DNA from: Octopus vulgaris
Taxonomy: Eukaryota
Assembly (NCBI GenBank): GCA_951406725.2
Contig: OX597823.1
Coordinates: forward strand, 95,108,001 to 95,172,000
Length of the DNA: 64,000 nt
Reading direction: 5' to 3'
Part shown: positions 28,236 to 41,363 of the stretch, piece by piece
Position numbering within the stretch: position 1 is the first letter of the stretch
Layout of the letters: each line of letters starts with the position of its first letter
Position numbers and translations under genes: made by a program
Notes under the pieces: model-generated
The model's database searches: none
Told to the model about the DNA's origin: nothing
Seen by the model: the letters and a program-made list of their open reading frames with translations, nothing else

Positions 28236-30013
28236 CATTTATATCATTATATATACATAAGCTTAAATGAAAAACAAAAACTAGACAAAATCTCGAAGCA
28301 TTCTATTGAGGAAATTTCCTGGCAACGATGGGGTACTCCACTAGTACATATGTGTGTGTGTGTATTTGTACGTGTGTGTGTGTACGCGTGTTTGTGTGTG
28401 TATGCATGCATCATGCAAATAAGGTTAAAATCCAAGCTGTGTAATATTGAAGCAGACCCCCTTATTCCAGTAATCCAAATCCGCACGTAACTGTTATATT
28501 TGTGTGAGGTATGCATAACATTTGAAATACTGGGAAATATTTTTTGCTGAGTAACAATAACAAAACAGGAATTGGAAAATTCTGTTGTATTATTTATTCG
28601 CCATGTATGCGTAAGTGGGTGAATGCATGTGTGTTTGTGGGGGGATTGGATGTATTCAACGTGTGATAGTCACGCCATTCAGGTTTCAGCTCAAAGTTTG
28701 ATCCCGTTAAACACCCACCATCACACGTACACACAGGTCCTCGGCAGTTCAAAGATGGCCTGTAATGTAACACAAACAGCAAAGCAACAGTAAGAGAGGG
28801 AAAACACGAACTTTGATTCGGTAATCCTTTGTTTCATTCATTACAGATGTCATACTGTGAATGCAGTCGGTAGATGAACCTCATAGGACCAGCATGCAAA
28901 GCAAATACCTCCGTCAAATAGTTGTGTTTTTCTCCAGCTCTCTGATGAAGGGTTTCCTTTGCATGCTGATCCTATGAGGTTCATTTATCGATTGCATCGA
29001 ATATGGTCGTCTGTGTGTTTGCTTTCCCCATTACTTAGTAGTTTGGCAAAAGAGACCTCCAGACTTTAAAAATTAGTGATGGGGTCGATTTGTTCATCTA
29101 AAACCCTTCAAGGTGGTGCGGCAGCATGGCCGCAGTCCAATGACTGAAACTATTAACCCTATTTTCTTGAGATGTTCATTTTGTATATTATATTTAAAGC
29201 AGTAAAGGGAATTTGGTTCAAATATTTGAGAGCGTTAAGAAGATGAGCTGGCGGAATCGTTACTGTGATGAGCAAAATACTTAGCAGGATTTCTAGGTTC
29301 AAATGCTGCTGGGTCGACTTATCCTTTCATCCTTTCGCGGGTAGCAGTTTAACACTAGGATCAATGTAATTGCCTTATCCCCTCCCCTTAAATTGCTAGC
29401 CCCTATTTTGTATCCTCTCCCATTCACCTCTCTCATTATCTTTTAAAGTCCATTGTCTAGAACACTGTCTCTTAAAGATAAAATAAAATGGCTTTGTCTT
29501 TTAGAAGGTGAACCGAATAATATTATACCCTTTCCTCTAACCTTCCTTCTGCTGTAAATGCTCTCCCCACCACTTCATGCCGCTGTAATGTTTTTCCTAT
29601 ATTAAGTATTAATTGCACAAGAGAATTCATTCTTTTGACCAGTTTTGGTCAAGGGATCATAAAGTGATATTTGGAACGTGTTTTTCAAATATTCGTGTAT
29701 ATTCACCAGATAAAAACGGATTTACGCATGATGTAATATCTCTATTCTTCAGTAAAAAAAAAAGACTTATTGGAAACAGGTATAGTGAATGAATTATTAT
29801 CCATCCGTTGCCATTTGTTTATATATTACATAGCGCAGGCATGGTTGTGTGGATTCGGTAGATGGAAACTAAAAGAACGCCGTCGTATATATATTGTTGT
29901 ATTTAGAAATGGTCATGTTGCCAGTTTAGCCAATAAAAACACACTCACTATATATTTGGAGTTAATTTGCATCAGCTTTATTTATTTTTTACATTAATCT
30001 TAATCTTGTTTCG

Positions 30014-30055
30014 GCCAGAGTTCTTTCGTCACACTCCTGTGACCTCATCAGTGGT
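30014..30055 (-). ncRNA. Minimal hammerhead motif
   Basis: cca-CTGATGA-g gtcac aggagt gtgac-GAAA-gaac-TC-tgg; related copy at 8693-8731(-). Confidence 0.55.
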
Positions 30056-30315
30056 CCTTTGCTGTCTTCTTTCTTATTTGTGTGTCTCTCCTTACTAACG
30101 GTCAGCCATTTTGTATTTTGTATTCCTATTGTATGTGTCTTTATTTGCACAAGTGTATACCTCTATGTTTGTCTATGTTTAGTTAGTGTGTGTGCTGGGG
30201 GAGAGTCTGTAATATTTGTGTCTCCTGTTTATACCCGTTCGTGTAATATGTTTTATTTATTTTGTTCATGTGTTTACACCTACTTATTGTTTTTGCAATA
30301 CAAATATTCATACGT

Positions 30316-30359
<44 letters not shown>

Positions 30360-30360
30360 T

Positions 30361-30985
30361 ACTAGTCTCTGCTCTTCTCTCTTTATGGCAGCCCATGTTT
30401 CACTACCATATAACATTGCAGGTAGAACTGTACTGTTGATGAGGTTGGCGCGGGTGGTCCTGTCCAACCTTCCCTTGAGCACATCTCTTATGCCATTAAA
30501 CGCCTTCCATCCGCCCTTACTCTCCGTGAGATCTCCTTTTCGATACCTCGGCACATATTCACCTCCTGTCCCAGGTAGACATATTCCTTTACCTCCTCTA
30601 TTTCATCACTGCCGATCACCATTCGACCTGTTGGTACGTTGTCTGACCGCATGAACTTCGTTTTCATGCGGTTCTTCTTGAGACCTACTGCAGAGCTTTT
30701 GATGGAATTGTCAATGCTTGGTATCTCGTTGAGAGAGCACATCAGTAGCGAGATCATCAGAAAGAAGTCCGGCGTGAGGGATGTCATCGCAGTGTATACA
30801 CGCAGCAAGTTTAGATGGGCTGGACACGTCGTCCGGCTCACGGATAATCGGTGGACCCGCGCACTTGTCGAGTGGTACCCGCGCGAGCGGAAACGACCTC
30901 CCGGAAGGCCTCCACGACGATGGAGTTACGATTTCAGGAGGACGATTGGGATCACGTGGATGAGAAAGGTCTACAAATGCTCTTA
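30361..30985. mobile_element. RTE-clade LINE 3' fragment with 5' inversion
   Basis: Minus segment GLK.N..KTKFM...YVYLGQ...LPAMLYGSETW..EQRLV; plus segment SMLGISLREH...KFRWAGHVVRLTDNRWT...WYPRERKRPPGRPPRRW. Confidence 0.85.
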
Positions 30986-31196
30986 GTCCAAAATTTCACA
31001 AGATAAAGGACTTTGTGATGTTATTGTTAATTGTCTGAGTCGACACCAGGTATTTCTGCTAGTATCGAACAAATATAGTAGTGTCATATTTGTGGTGTTT
31101 CATTTACCATTGCATTGCAATGCTCGGACCCAGGAATTTAACAATATTTTGCTTTGGCAAAACTGAAAAAAGTTAGTTGCCTTATATTTAGGATAC

Positions 31197-31268
<72 letters not shown>

Positions 31269-31299
31269 CAAACTAAGCAACAAGGATATCCAGAGGTAA

Positions 31300-31386
31300 T
31301 GCAGTACGATCGTTTCATGCAACTGCATTTAATTGAACAATGAAATCATTATATCAATTTAAAATGCAGAGCAATCTTCAGCTCCA
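31300..31386 (-). ncRNA. Hammerhead motif with extended stem II
   Basis: tggag-CTGAAGA-ttgc tctgcattt...aaatgcag tt gcat-GAAA-cgatcg-TA-ctgca; palindromic stem III; mismatch at the base of stem II. Confidence 0.5.
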
Positions 31387-31509
31387 CAAAGTCATAGAAT
31401 TTAATTAAATTAGAAGAGATGGATACATTAGTATAATTATACCTAAAATCTCCAAAAAGTCAAGGAGATAAACAAAGATCATACTTTCTTCAATCCAGCA
31501 TAGAAGTTA

Positions 31510-31985
31510 CTATATATATACTTTGATAGGTTTTGGCCTGTATTGGCCCAGGCCATATCTGACTTAATAGCACCACCTGGCGAAGTCATTTAAATCAGAA
31601 GTCGGACAATATGGCCCCCTCGAGTAGAGAGTTATTGTTTACAGAGACATATCCGAGTGCAGGAGGTTTATCCAAGAGTTCTTGAAGGAATTTGCTCAAA
31701 GACTTCTTGAACTTTATGGGATCTGTTTCTGCTTTAATGTGTTTTGGTGTTATTTTAAACGGAGCGGGCCAATTGAGATGAAATAATTGTGCCATATTGT
31801 TGTTATGTGATGCGAATATGATTTATGTCGTGGGCGGATAGCACGGGCTCCAAGTTCTTGGGTGTGTCTTAAAGGAGATGCCAACATCATTTGGACAATG
31901 GTGATTAAATATTTTCCACATCAGGTAGATGATGTAGCGCTCACGGCAGCGTTGAAGAGTATAAGGCTTCAGCTTTTCTACATAC
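31510..31985 (-). mobile_element. CR1/L2-group LINE 3' end
   Basis: [20 protein letters not shown]; PKHIK...FKKSLSKFL...DKP...GY. Confidence 0.65.
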
Positions 31986-32010
31986 ATACACACATACATA
32001 CATACATACA

Positions 32011-32112
<102 letters not shown>

Positions 32113-32399
32113 TAATCCAACAAGAAAACACAGAAAAAAAGAGAAAAAAAGAGAAAAAACACAGCAACGCAGGACGTGGAACAATTAAAGTATTATTGAC
32201 GCTCAGGAAAGAAGGGAAGGAGGGTTTAACGTTTCGAGCGGAGTTCTTCGTCGGAAACAAGGAGAAGGAAAGATCCCAAGGAGGGAAGACAGAGGAGACA
32301 ATATTTGAGCTGGTGGTGCTTAAGAGATCACATGTTGAAAAGAACAGAATTTGGAGGTAGTTGAAAAATGTTTTTATAATGCAAGAGAGTTCCAAAAAA

Positions 32400-32895
32400 A
32401 GGGAATGCCTGTGTGTGTTTGTGTATGTGTGCAAGATGACAAGTGTGTTTGTGCGTGCGTGTGTGTGTGTGTGTGTATTTTTGGTGAATAGAGGTAATGA
32501 CAAAGCCAGCTGTGGTGATGACTGCTAGCTGTTTGTGTCAAGCTAGGTCAAAGCCAGGTCAAAAAACATCATAGTGTGTGTGTTGTTTGTAGTGTGTGTG
32601 TGTGTGTGCATGTGTGTGTTCGTGTGTGTATGCGTAGAGTGTGGGTGTGTGGCGTAACCTAGTACGTGTGTGCTTGTACGTGCGTGTGTGTATGTAGGGG
32701 GATGTATATGTGGGTTCATTTGTGTGAGAGTGTATGTATGTGCGTGTATGTGTGCGTTTGTATGTGTTTCTGTGTATGTGTGCGTGCGCGGATAGGTGTA
32801 TATTGTGTATGTATATCTGTCGGTGTGTATGTGAGTTTGTGTGTGTTTGTACGCGTGTATGTGTGTGTGAGTGTATAGTATATATATATATGTAA

Positions 32896-32928
<33 letters not shown>

Positions 32929-33735
32929 TGCGTGCGAGTGAATGTATGTATATATGTGTGCGTGTGTGTACAATGTAGGGGCTTATATGTGTGTGTGTAT
33001 GTATGTGTGTATGTGTGTGTATGTGTATGTATGTATGTATATATATGCGTGTGTGTATGTATGTATGTGTGTATGTGTGTATGTATGTGTGTATGTATGT
33101 ATGTATGTGTGTGTGTGTATGTGTGTATGTATGTATGTATGTACGTACGTATGTATGTATGTGTGTGTGTATGTATGTATGTACGTATGTGTGTATGTAT
33201 GTATTTTTGCATGCGTGTATGTGTGTATGTGCGTGTGTGTACATATGTATGTTTATGTATGTGTGTGTATGTATGTATTTATGTATGTAGTGTATGTATG
33301 TGTGTGTGTATGTATGTATGTGTGCATGCGTGTATGTGTGCATGTGTGTGTGTTTGTATGTATGTATATATATGTGTGTGTATGTATGTATATGTGTGTG
33401 TATGTATGTGCGTATGTATGTATGTGTGTGTATGTGTGTGTATGTATGTATGTGTATGTGTGTAAGTTTGTGTGTATGTATGTATGTATGTACGTGTGTG
33501 TGTATGTATGTGTGTGTATGTATGTGTGCGTGCGTGTGTGTGTATGTGTGTGTGTATGTGTGTGTGTATGTATGTATATGTATGTTTGTGTATGTATGTA
33601 TCTATGTATGTATGTGAGTTTGTATGTGTGTATATATGTATGTATGTGTGTATGCGTGTGTGTATATGTGTGTGTATGTGTGTAAGTGTGTATGTATGTG
33701 TGTGTATGTATGTATGGATGGGTGTATGTGTGTAA

Positions 33736-33769
<34 letters not shown>

Positions 33770-34850
33770 ATGTATGTATATGTACGCGTGTGTGTATGTA
33801 TGTATGTGTGTATAGTATGTGTGTGTGTATGTGTGTGTGCATGCGTGTATGTGTGCATGTGTGTGTCTGTATGTATGTATATGTATGTGTGTGTGTATGT
33901 ATATATGTGTCTATGTATGTATGTGTGTATGTATGTGTGTATGTGTGTGTGTATGTATGTGTGTGTATGTATGTATGTAAGTGTGTGTGTATGTATGTGT
34001 GTATGTATGTGTATGTGTATGTATGTGTATATATGTATGTGTGCATGCGTGTATGTGTGTATGTGCGTGTGTGTACGTATGTGTGTATATGTATGTGTGT
34101 GTATGTATGTATATGTATGTATGTGTGTATGCATATATGCATGTGTGTATGTGTGTGTGTGTATGTATGTGTGTATGTGTGCATCTGTGTATGTATGTGT
34201 GTTGTATGTATGTATGTATGTATGTATGTGTGTGTACGTGTGTGTATGTATGCATGTATGTATGTGTGTGTATGTATGTGTGCGTGCGTGTGTGGGTGGG
34301 TATGTGTGTGTGTATGTATGTGTGTATGTATATGTATGTGTGTGTATGTATGTATGTGTGTATGTATGTGTGTGTGTGAATGTATGTGTGCATATGTGTA
34401 TGTATGTGTGTGTGTATGTATATATGAATGTATGTATGTATGTATGTATGAATGTATGTATGTATGTATGTATGTATGTATGTATGTGTGTGCGTGTGTG
34501 TGTATGTATGTATGTATGTATGAATGTATCTATGTATGTATTATGTGTGTGTACGTATGTATGTGTGTGTGTGAATGTATACGTGTGTGGGGGGGTTTGG
34601 AGTTGTGTGGGCGTAAGGTACATGTGCGTGTGTGCGCTTACGTGCGTGTATCTGTGCGTCCCAGCTAGGTGTTTATAGGAGTGTGCGTATCTGTATGAGT
34701 ATTGTCCCTGGTGTGTGTGCACGGGCATGTGTGTGTGTGCACGTGGGGGTGTGTGGGGGTGTGTATTGGTGTGGAAGTATGTGTGCGTACATATGCATGT
34801 ACGTTGTGTGTGTGTGTGGTGTGTTGGGAGTAGGTGTGTTCGTGGGTACG
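32400..34850. repeat. About 2.4 kb compound (TG)n/(TATG)n microsatellite
   Basis: Direct reading; source of the long low-complexity H/T/Y and C/V/M ORFs. Confidence 0.95.
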
Positions 34851-34904
34851 TGAGTAAATAAAATAAATAATAATTAATAAACAAAAAATAAAAAATAAAA
34901 AATA

Positions 34905-35100
34905 AAAGATGCCGGGGGAGAAGTGGAAGGAATATGAACCGTTGCTCCAAGTGAAGCCTAGATTGGGGAGAGCCGTTGTGTGGGGTAAGACCAAACACCG
35001 AGATGTCATCGGGGGAATGGCTGGCTGAGCGGAAGTGCCGTGCGACGGGAGAATTGGAAAATAGACGAACATCCCGCAGATGCTCGGTGAAGGATAAGAT
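34905..35100 (-). mobile_element. Penelope-like GIY-YIG C-terminal fragment
   Basis: PVARHFRSASHSPDDISVFGL...RLHLEQRFIF. Confidence 0.55.
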
Positions 35101-35361
35101 GGTTAATTTAAATTAAATAACGATCTTATCAAGTGGCCAGCATGGAAATAAAATCCTTCAGAGGTAATAATTTTTATTAAAATTATAACTTAGGGTATCT
35201 ACGAGATACCGCCATGCTGAAAATAGCAGCCAGGATCTGACACTAAGACCACATTAAGTGTTCGTATAGCATAATGAGAGAAGACTCAGCAAGGGGTCAC
35301 CTATACAGTTGAAATTTACAGAAAAACAGAAAATGAAGACAGGTGTATGAACAACAAACAA

Positions 35362-35507
<146 letters not shown>

Positions 35508-35775
35508 AGAGAGAGACTTCAGTTGTAATGTTGTAATGTACCAAAGTTCATACACCCGAGGCCATAACAGAAGAAAGTTGCTGAAAGCGACACTCAGTAG
35601 GAGTTAACTCTGAACCATGTGTTTGCTGGTTAAACTTCTTACCACACGGCCACACCTACGCCTATGTCATTACATATCCTATAAGTCAGTGACTGATCGG
35701 GTTGGACATTCCTAAAATCACGACACCTTAGCTGATATTATGTTGTCTATGAGATATTATGTTGTCTATGCCTGT

Positions 35776-35817
<42 letters not shown>

Positions 35818-35924
35818 AAGTTAATACTTTTACGTTCAGTGATAAGAAAATTTTACGTTAATCCAACGGCTTACTTGATACTTTTTGTAGAATGCAAATT
35901 TATTATCCTTAAACAAGAACGTTG

Positions 35925-35955
<31 letters not shown>

Positions 35956-36050
35956 CATATACACACACACATACACACACATACACACATACACACACCC
36001 ACACCCACACACATATAAATATATATAAATATATATATATATATGTATAA

Positions 36051-36084
<34 letters not shown>

Positions 36085-38324
36085 GTGTGTATGTATGTAT
36101 GTATGTGTGTATGTATGTATGTATGTATGTATGAATGAATGTTTGTATGTGTGTGTCTATGTATTTATGTATGTATATCTGTGTGTCTGTGTGTCAGTTT
36201 ATGCCCCAGCATGGCCACAATCTAATGATTGAAACAGATAAAAGATAAAAGACAAACGAATATGGTTTGCTGCTTAGGATCAGTCAAGAAAACTCCGCCA
36301 AACCTCAAGGGCCAGTTTACCACACCAAGGGCCAGTGCCCTGTTCCCCCTACATTGCTACAAATAAGAGCAAAAAGCCGTTACAGCCGCAAAAATGCACA
36401 CGTCTATGCCTTGACAGGAGAAATAACTGCCCCACAGCACGCAAGATCATCATGCTAGTCTAGTTTTGCTTTGAATTAAAAGCTCATCAGTTAAGACTAC
36501 TACAGTGCTGGATAGTTTGGCTAAATTCCAACGGTGCAGGGTAGTACATACATTGCTAGAAATAAGAGCTAAATGCCTTTACAGTACAATGCACTGCAGG
36601 GAATTGATCTCCCGACCCACTTATCATGAGCTGAATTGCCTCATCACTAAGCCCCATGCCTATACTCAGAACATGAAGAGGCATCGGAAAATACTGCAAA
36701 CATTTTCTCCAATGTTCCACAGATGTTGCTGGTCGTTGCCATTGTAGGAATTGTTTCTAGAATAGAAAAAACATGAAATGACCCCTGTATGTGAATAGAA
36801 CAATATTTTGTCGTTGACGCCTGAAGAGTGAAAGACAACGTAGACCAAAGTGGGATTTGATCCCACAATGTGAAGAACCAGAAGTTCAGCATCCCTAGTC
36901 AATAATTAAATAATATTCAATCATTTCTAACAAAGGGACAATGCTGTAAATTCACGGTAGGGAGGGGGTTGCTCTGTTAAACCAGACCCAGTATATTATT
37001 GGTTTCAAGTTCTGGCACAAGGCCAGCAATTTCAGTGGAAGGGGTAAATCGATTACATTGACATCCCCACCATTCCACCACCGTTCTCAACTGCTACTCA
37101 TTTTATCGCCCCTCTCCACCAAAAAAGGGGAAGAAAGTCAAAGCCAAGCTCTGTGGCATTTCAATTCAGAATATAAAGATGGACGAAATGTCACAAAGCA
37201 TTCTTCCCATCTCACCACCTTAGGGACACCAAAGGCTATTGGGGAAGACGTTTAGCCTAATGGTTAATGTGTTGCACTCATAACTGCAAGGTCATGGTTT
37301 CAAATCCCAGACCAGTCAACACATTGTGTTTTTGGTATAAAATGCTTCCTTTGGTGTTACTCCAGTTTACTCAGCTGAAAATAAAAACCAGTAATAAACT
37401 GGTAAGAGGGATTGTCCCCCCCCCCTGTGATGGACTGGTAACCCATTCTGGAGGAGGTTTGTATTTTTAGTCATTGTAAACTGGGCTATGTCCCTGCCAA
37501 ATGAACCGGTTGGCTCCAGACAAACCTGACTGATCCTTAACTGGACTTTACAGGTATTTCGTTCTATTGTCCCCATAAAGAATGAAAGGCAAAGGAAACT
37601 TTGATGGCGTTTGAACTCGGAATGTAAACAACTGTAACTAAATGCCACAAATTATTTTGTCCCGTTCTCTAAGAATTTTGTGAATCCACAAACCAAATAA
37701 TAATCGTTTTTAACAAAAGGCACAGAAATTTGGGGATTAGGGGCTGGGGTTAGTTGAAAGCCTTAAATCCCAGTACTTGACCCCAGGAGGCTGAAAGCCA
37801 ATGGCTGCAGTTCAATGATTGAAACAAGTAAAAGATAGAAAAATAAAAATCAGAATTTCTGGAGAGAAGGATGAGGGTACCCTTGATTAAATCAATGACA
37901 CTACATCCTTAGTAATATATTGATTGGTGGTCTGAAGGAGTTTTTAAAAAGGGAGACAAAAGAGAGGGCTCTAATTATAGGGGAATCGCCTTGTTGAGCC
38001 TCCCTCTTCAAGTCTATAACTAGGAGTCAGGGAAGGAGATTTAGTAAGTTGCTTCTATGGGGGATGTACCTGAGGACTCTGCTCCCATGACCCTTCCAGG
38101 AATTATGGGTAGAGAATATGCAGGGATAAGCTCAAAAGGTTGATAAAATCAAGTGTAAAGCTTTCACGTATAATAAACCCATGGTGATGGTGGTGTTGGT
38201 GGGGGGTAAGAAAGGTTTTTAACCCAAACAGCAAAAGAAAAAAATGTCTCAGAGAGTTTTTGTTTTGAAGCACCACCATTTTAACCACCCACCTGGAATA
38301 GATAATAAGAAATCGTCATTCTTT

Positions 38325-38527
38325 TCTAGGAACAAGGCCTGTAATTTTGGGGGACGAGGACATTCGATTAAATCGATCCCAGTACGCAACTGGTACTTAA
38401 TTTATCAACCTCGAAAGGATGAAAGGCAAAGTCGACCTTCGCGGAATTTGAACTCAGAACGTAAAGATAGAAATACCGATAGGCATTACGCCCGGCGTGC
38501 TAACAGTTCTCTCAGCTCGCCACCTTG
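38325..38527 (-). mobile_element. tRNA-derived SINE, family 3
   Basis: Shared core gcctttcatcctttcgaggttgataaattaagtaccag; related copies at about 6140-6352, 10105-10265, 29240-29400 and 37010-37220. Confidence 0.7.
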
Positions 38528-38555
38528 AATAAAAAAATCATTATTATAAACTTAC

Positions 38556-38698
38556 CTGTAATCTAAGTCAGGTACAATAAAAATCATGCTTCCAATTTGT
38601 AAACCATCCATAACGGTTGAAGAGTAGAGAAAAGCTAGCATCAGTTTCTGATAAAGTCCACATCCTCCAATTGTCCCAATCACTTCTTCGTAGTCCAT
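38556..38698 (-). CDS. SLC22: SLC22 organic cation transporter-like, coding exon 1
   Basis: ATG in ACCATGG context; MDYEEVIGTIGGCGLYQKLMLAFL...IFIVPDLDY resembles the SLC22 N-terminus and TM1; donor AG|GTAAG; 143 nt, phase 2. Confidence 0.9.
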
Positions 38699-39437
38699 GG
38701 TGAACAAACCTCTCAGAACAAATGTGTCGTCTGCTTCAAGCAATTTCTAAATGTGTCTGCCTCTGCTAGCGATTATGTCTAGTTTCTTTCATGCATACAT
38801 ACTATATGTATAAGGTATGCAAGTGAGAGTATCTGTAGGAGTGTAAGTGGTGGTATGGGGGAGAGGGGGAGGCATGGAAATGAAAGACTAACGTTTGTGA
38901 TTGGGTGTTGTATGGGAGTGAGAGGGAGAGGAGAAAGACAAAGACTGTGTTTGGGGTGTGTGGTGGTGGTGGTGGTGGTGGTGGTGTGTCTGTGTTTGGG
39001 TGTGTGTGCATATTTAAATCCATATACATGTGCAGTGTACCTCATAATTGTTGAATGCGTTTTTTTTTAAATATTTGTATTTAATATGCTTCTTCCAATA
39101 TGTATACATATATATGTATCTATGTATATGTGTCTATACTAAAAAAGTTCACATCCTCATACTAAAAACAGTGTACGCCAAAGGATGACCATATATAGAT
39201 CCAAAATTAAAATACGAAAATACAGAAAAATAGCATTAAGTGAACACAATGAACGACCCAACTTTAGAAGTTCTCCCCCACTATAAATTCAGGGACAATG
39301 CAACCTATAACCAGCGCATTAGCAGAGAATCACATTTTATCGCAAAATATATACCTCTTTTGAATGCTTCCACCACAGATGACACTAAAACAAGGATTTG
39401 AGAATAATACCCACGCAAATATTACAAATGATATATT

Positions 39438-39848
39438 CTCTTTTACTCTTTTACTCTTTTACTTGTTTCAGTCATTTGACTGCGGCCATGCTGAAGCACC
39501 GCCTTTAGTCGAGCAAATCGACCCCGGGACCTATTCTTTGTAAGCCCAGTACTTATTCTATCGGTCTCTTTTGCCGAACCGCTAAGTGACGGGGACGTAA
39601 ACACACCAGCATCGGTTGTCAAGCAATGCTAGGAGGACAAACACAGACAAACAAACACACACACACATATATATATATACATATATACGACAGGCTTCTT
39701 TCAGTTTCCGTCTACCAAATCCACTCACAAGGCATTGGTCGGCCCGGGGCTATAGCAGAAGACACTTGCCCAAGATGCCACGCAGTGGGACTGAACCCGG
39801 AACCATGTGGTTGGTTAGCAAGCTACTTACCACACAGCCACTCCTGCG

Positions 39849-39850
<2 letters not shown>
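39438..39850 (-). mobile_element. tRNA-derived SINE, family 1
   Basis: Closely matches the reverse complement of 26970-27366. Confidence 0.85.
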
Positions 39851-39904
<54 letters not shown>

Positions 39905-40167
39905 GTATGTATATATATATATGTATATATATATATTTAATCAATATAGGGTGGCAAAAAAAAAAAAAATTTTGTAGAATTCTTTTGCCACCAGCGGCCT
40001 AGTGGGAAAAAATTAAATAGTCATAAACCATTTTTAAGTTCAACATCACAATCAAGGAACGGCCATAATAGGCCATTCACCCACTAGAAATAACAGCCAA
40101 AAGCTTCAACCGCCAAATAACATCAATTCCGTAAACCAGGAGAAAATTAAAAAACATTTACTCTGTA

Positions 40168-40275
40168 ATTTCTTAGACGATGCACCGTTTCGTCTACTGT
40201 TTAATGGTAAACTAACCTGATTAAATTAAATCAAGCCAATCTACCATAGGCCCCTTAGATTCATCAGTAAGAAAT
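40168..40275 (-). ncRNA. Type I hammerhead ribozyme in the inverted arm of the array
   Basis: Reverse complement of the unit hammerhead with one extra G in the stem II internal loop. Confidence 0.75.
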
Positions 40276-40379
40276 AGCCAAAAATTTGGCGCGAGTGCGA
40301 CGATTTGAAAATTTTAGGTCAGATATTGCCGAGGCAGCAACGGGAATGCCTCGTGAAAAATATCTGTTCCGACTTGGCT

Positions 40380-40486
40380 ATTTCTTACTGATGAATCTAA
40401 GGGCCTATGGTAGATTGGCTTGATTTAATTTAATCAGGTTAGTTTACCATTAAACAGTAGACGAAACGGTGCATCGTCTAAGAAAT
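40380..40486 (+). ncRNA. Type I hammerhead ribozyme, array unit 1
   Basis: atttctta-CTGATGA-atcta[extended hairpin]tagac-GAAA-cggtgcatcg-TC-taagaaat; 8-bp stem I; predicted cleavage after 40478. Confidence 0.8.
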
Positions 40487-40871
40487 TACAGGGTAAATGT
40501 TTTTTAATTTTCTCCTGGTTTACGGAATTGATGTTATTTGGCGGTTGAAGCTTTTGGCTGTTATTTCTAGTGGGTGAATGGCCTATTATGGCCGTTCCTT
40601 GATTGTGATGTTGAACTTAAAAATGGTTTATGACTATTTAATTTTTTCCCACTAGGCCGCTGGTGGCAAAAGAATTCTACAAAATTTTTTTTTGGCACCC
40701 TATATTGATTAATTATGAATTTTCTGGTTAATTCCGTAATGGAATCGGCGGCTTATATTTATTTGCTGCCGATAAATTTGGCGCGAGTGCGACGATTTGA
40801 AAATTTTAGGTCAGATATTGCCGAGGCAGCAACGGGAATGCCTCGTGAAAAATATCTGTTCCGACTTGGCT

Positions 40872-40978
40872 ATTTCTTACTGATGAATCTAAGGGCCTAT
40901 GGTAGATTGGCTTGATTTAATTTAATCAGGTTAGTTTACCATTAAACAGTAGACGAAACGGTGCATCGTCTAAGAAAT
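40872..40978 (+). ncRNA. Type I hammerhead ribozyme, array unit 2
   Basis: Identical to unit 1; predicted cleavage after 40970. Confidence 0.8.
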
Positions 40979-41363
40979 TACAGGGTAAATGTTTTTTAAT
41001 TTTCTCCTGGTTTACGGAATTGATGTTATTTGGCGGTTGAAGCTTTTGGCTGTTATTTCTAGTGGGTGAATGGCCTATTATGGCCGTTCCTTGATTGTGA
41101 TGTTGAACTTAAAAATGGTTTATGACTATTTAATTTTTTCCCACTAGGCCGCTGGTGGCAAAAGAATTCTACAAAATTTTTTTTTGGCACCCTATATTGA
41201 TTAATTATGAATTTTCTGGTTAATTCCGTAATGGAATCGGCGGCTTATATTTATTTGCTGCCGATAAATTTGGCGCGAGTGCGACGATTTGAAAATTTTA
41301 GGTCAGATATTGCCGAGGCAGCAACGGGAATGCCTCGTGAAAAATATCTGTTCCGACTTGGCT

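Noticed and set aside
32543-34998. Long ORFs up to 581 aa rich in H/T/Y or C/V/M
   Set aside because: Translations of TG/TATG microsatellite
38699-38743. 15-aa N-terminal extension of SLC22 shown in the ORF track
   Set aside because: It starts at a TTG; the ATG at 38698 has a strong Kozak context and matches the family N-terminus
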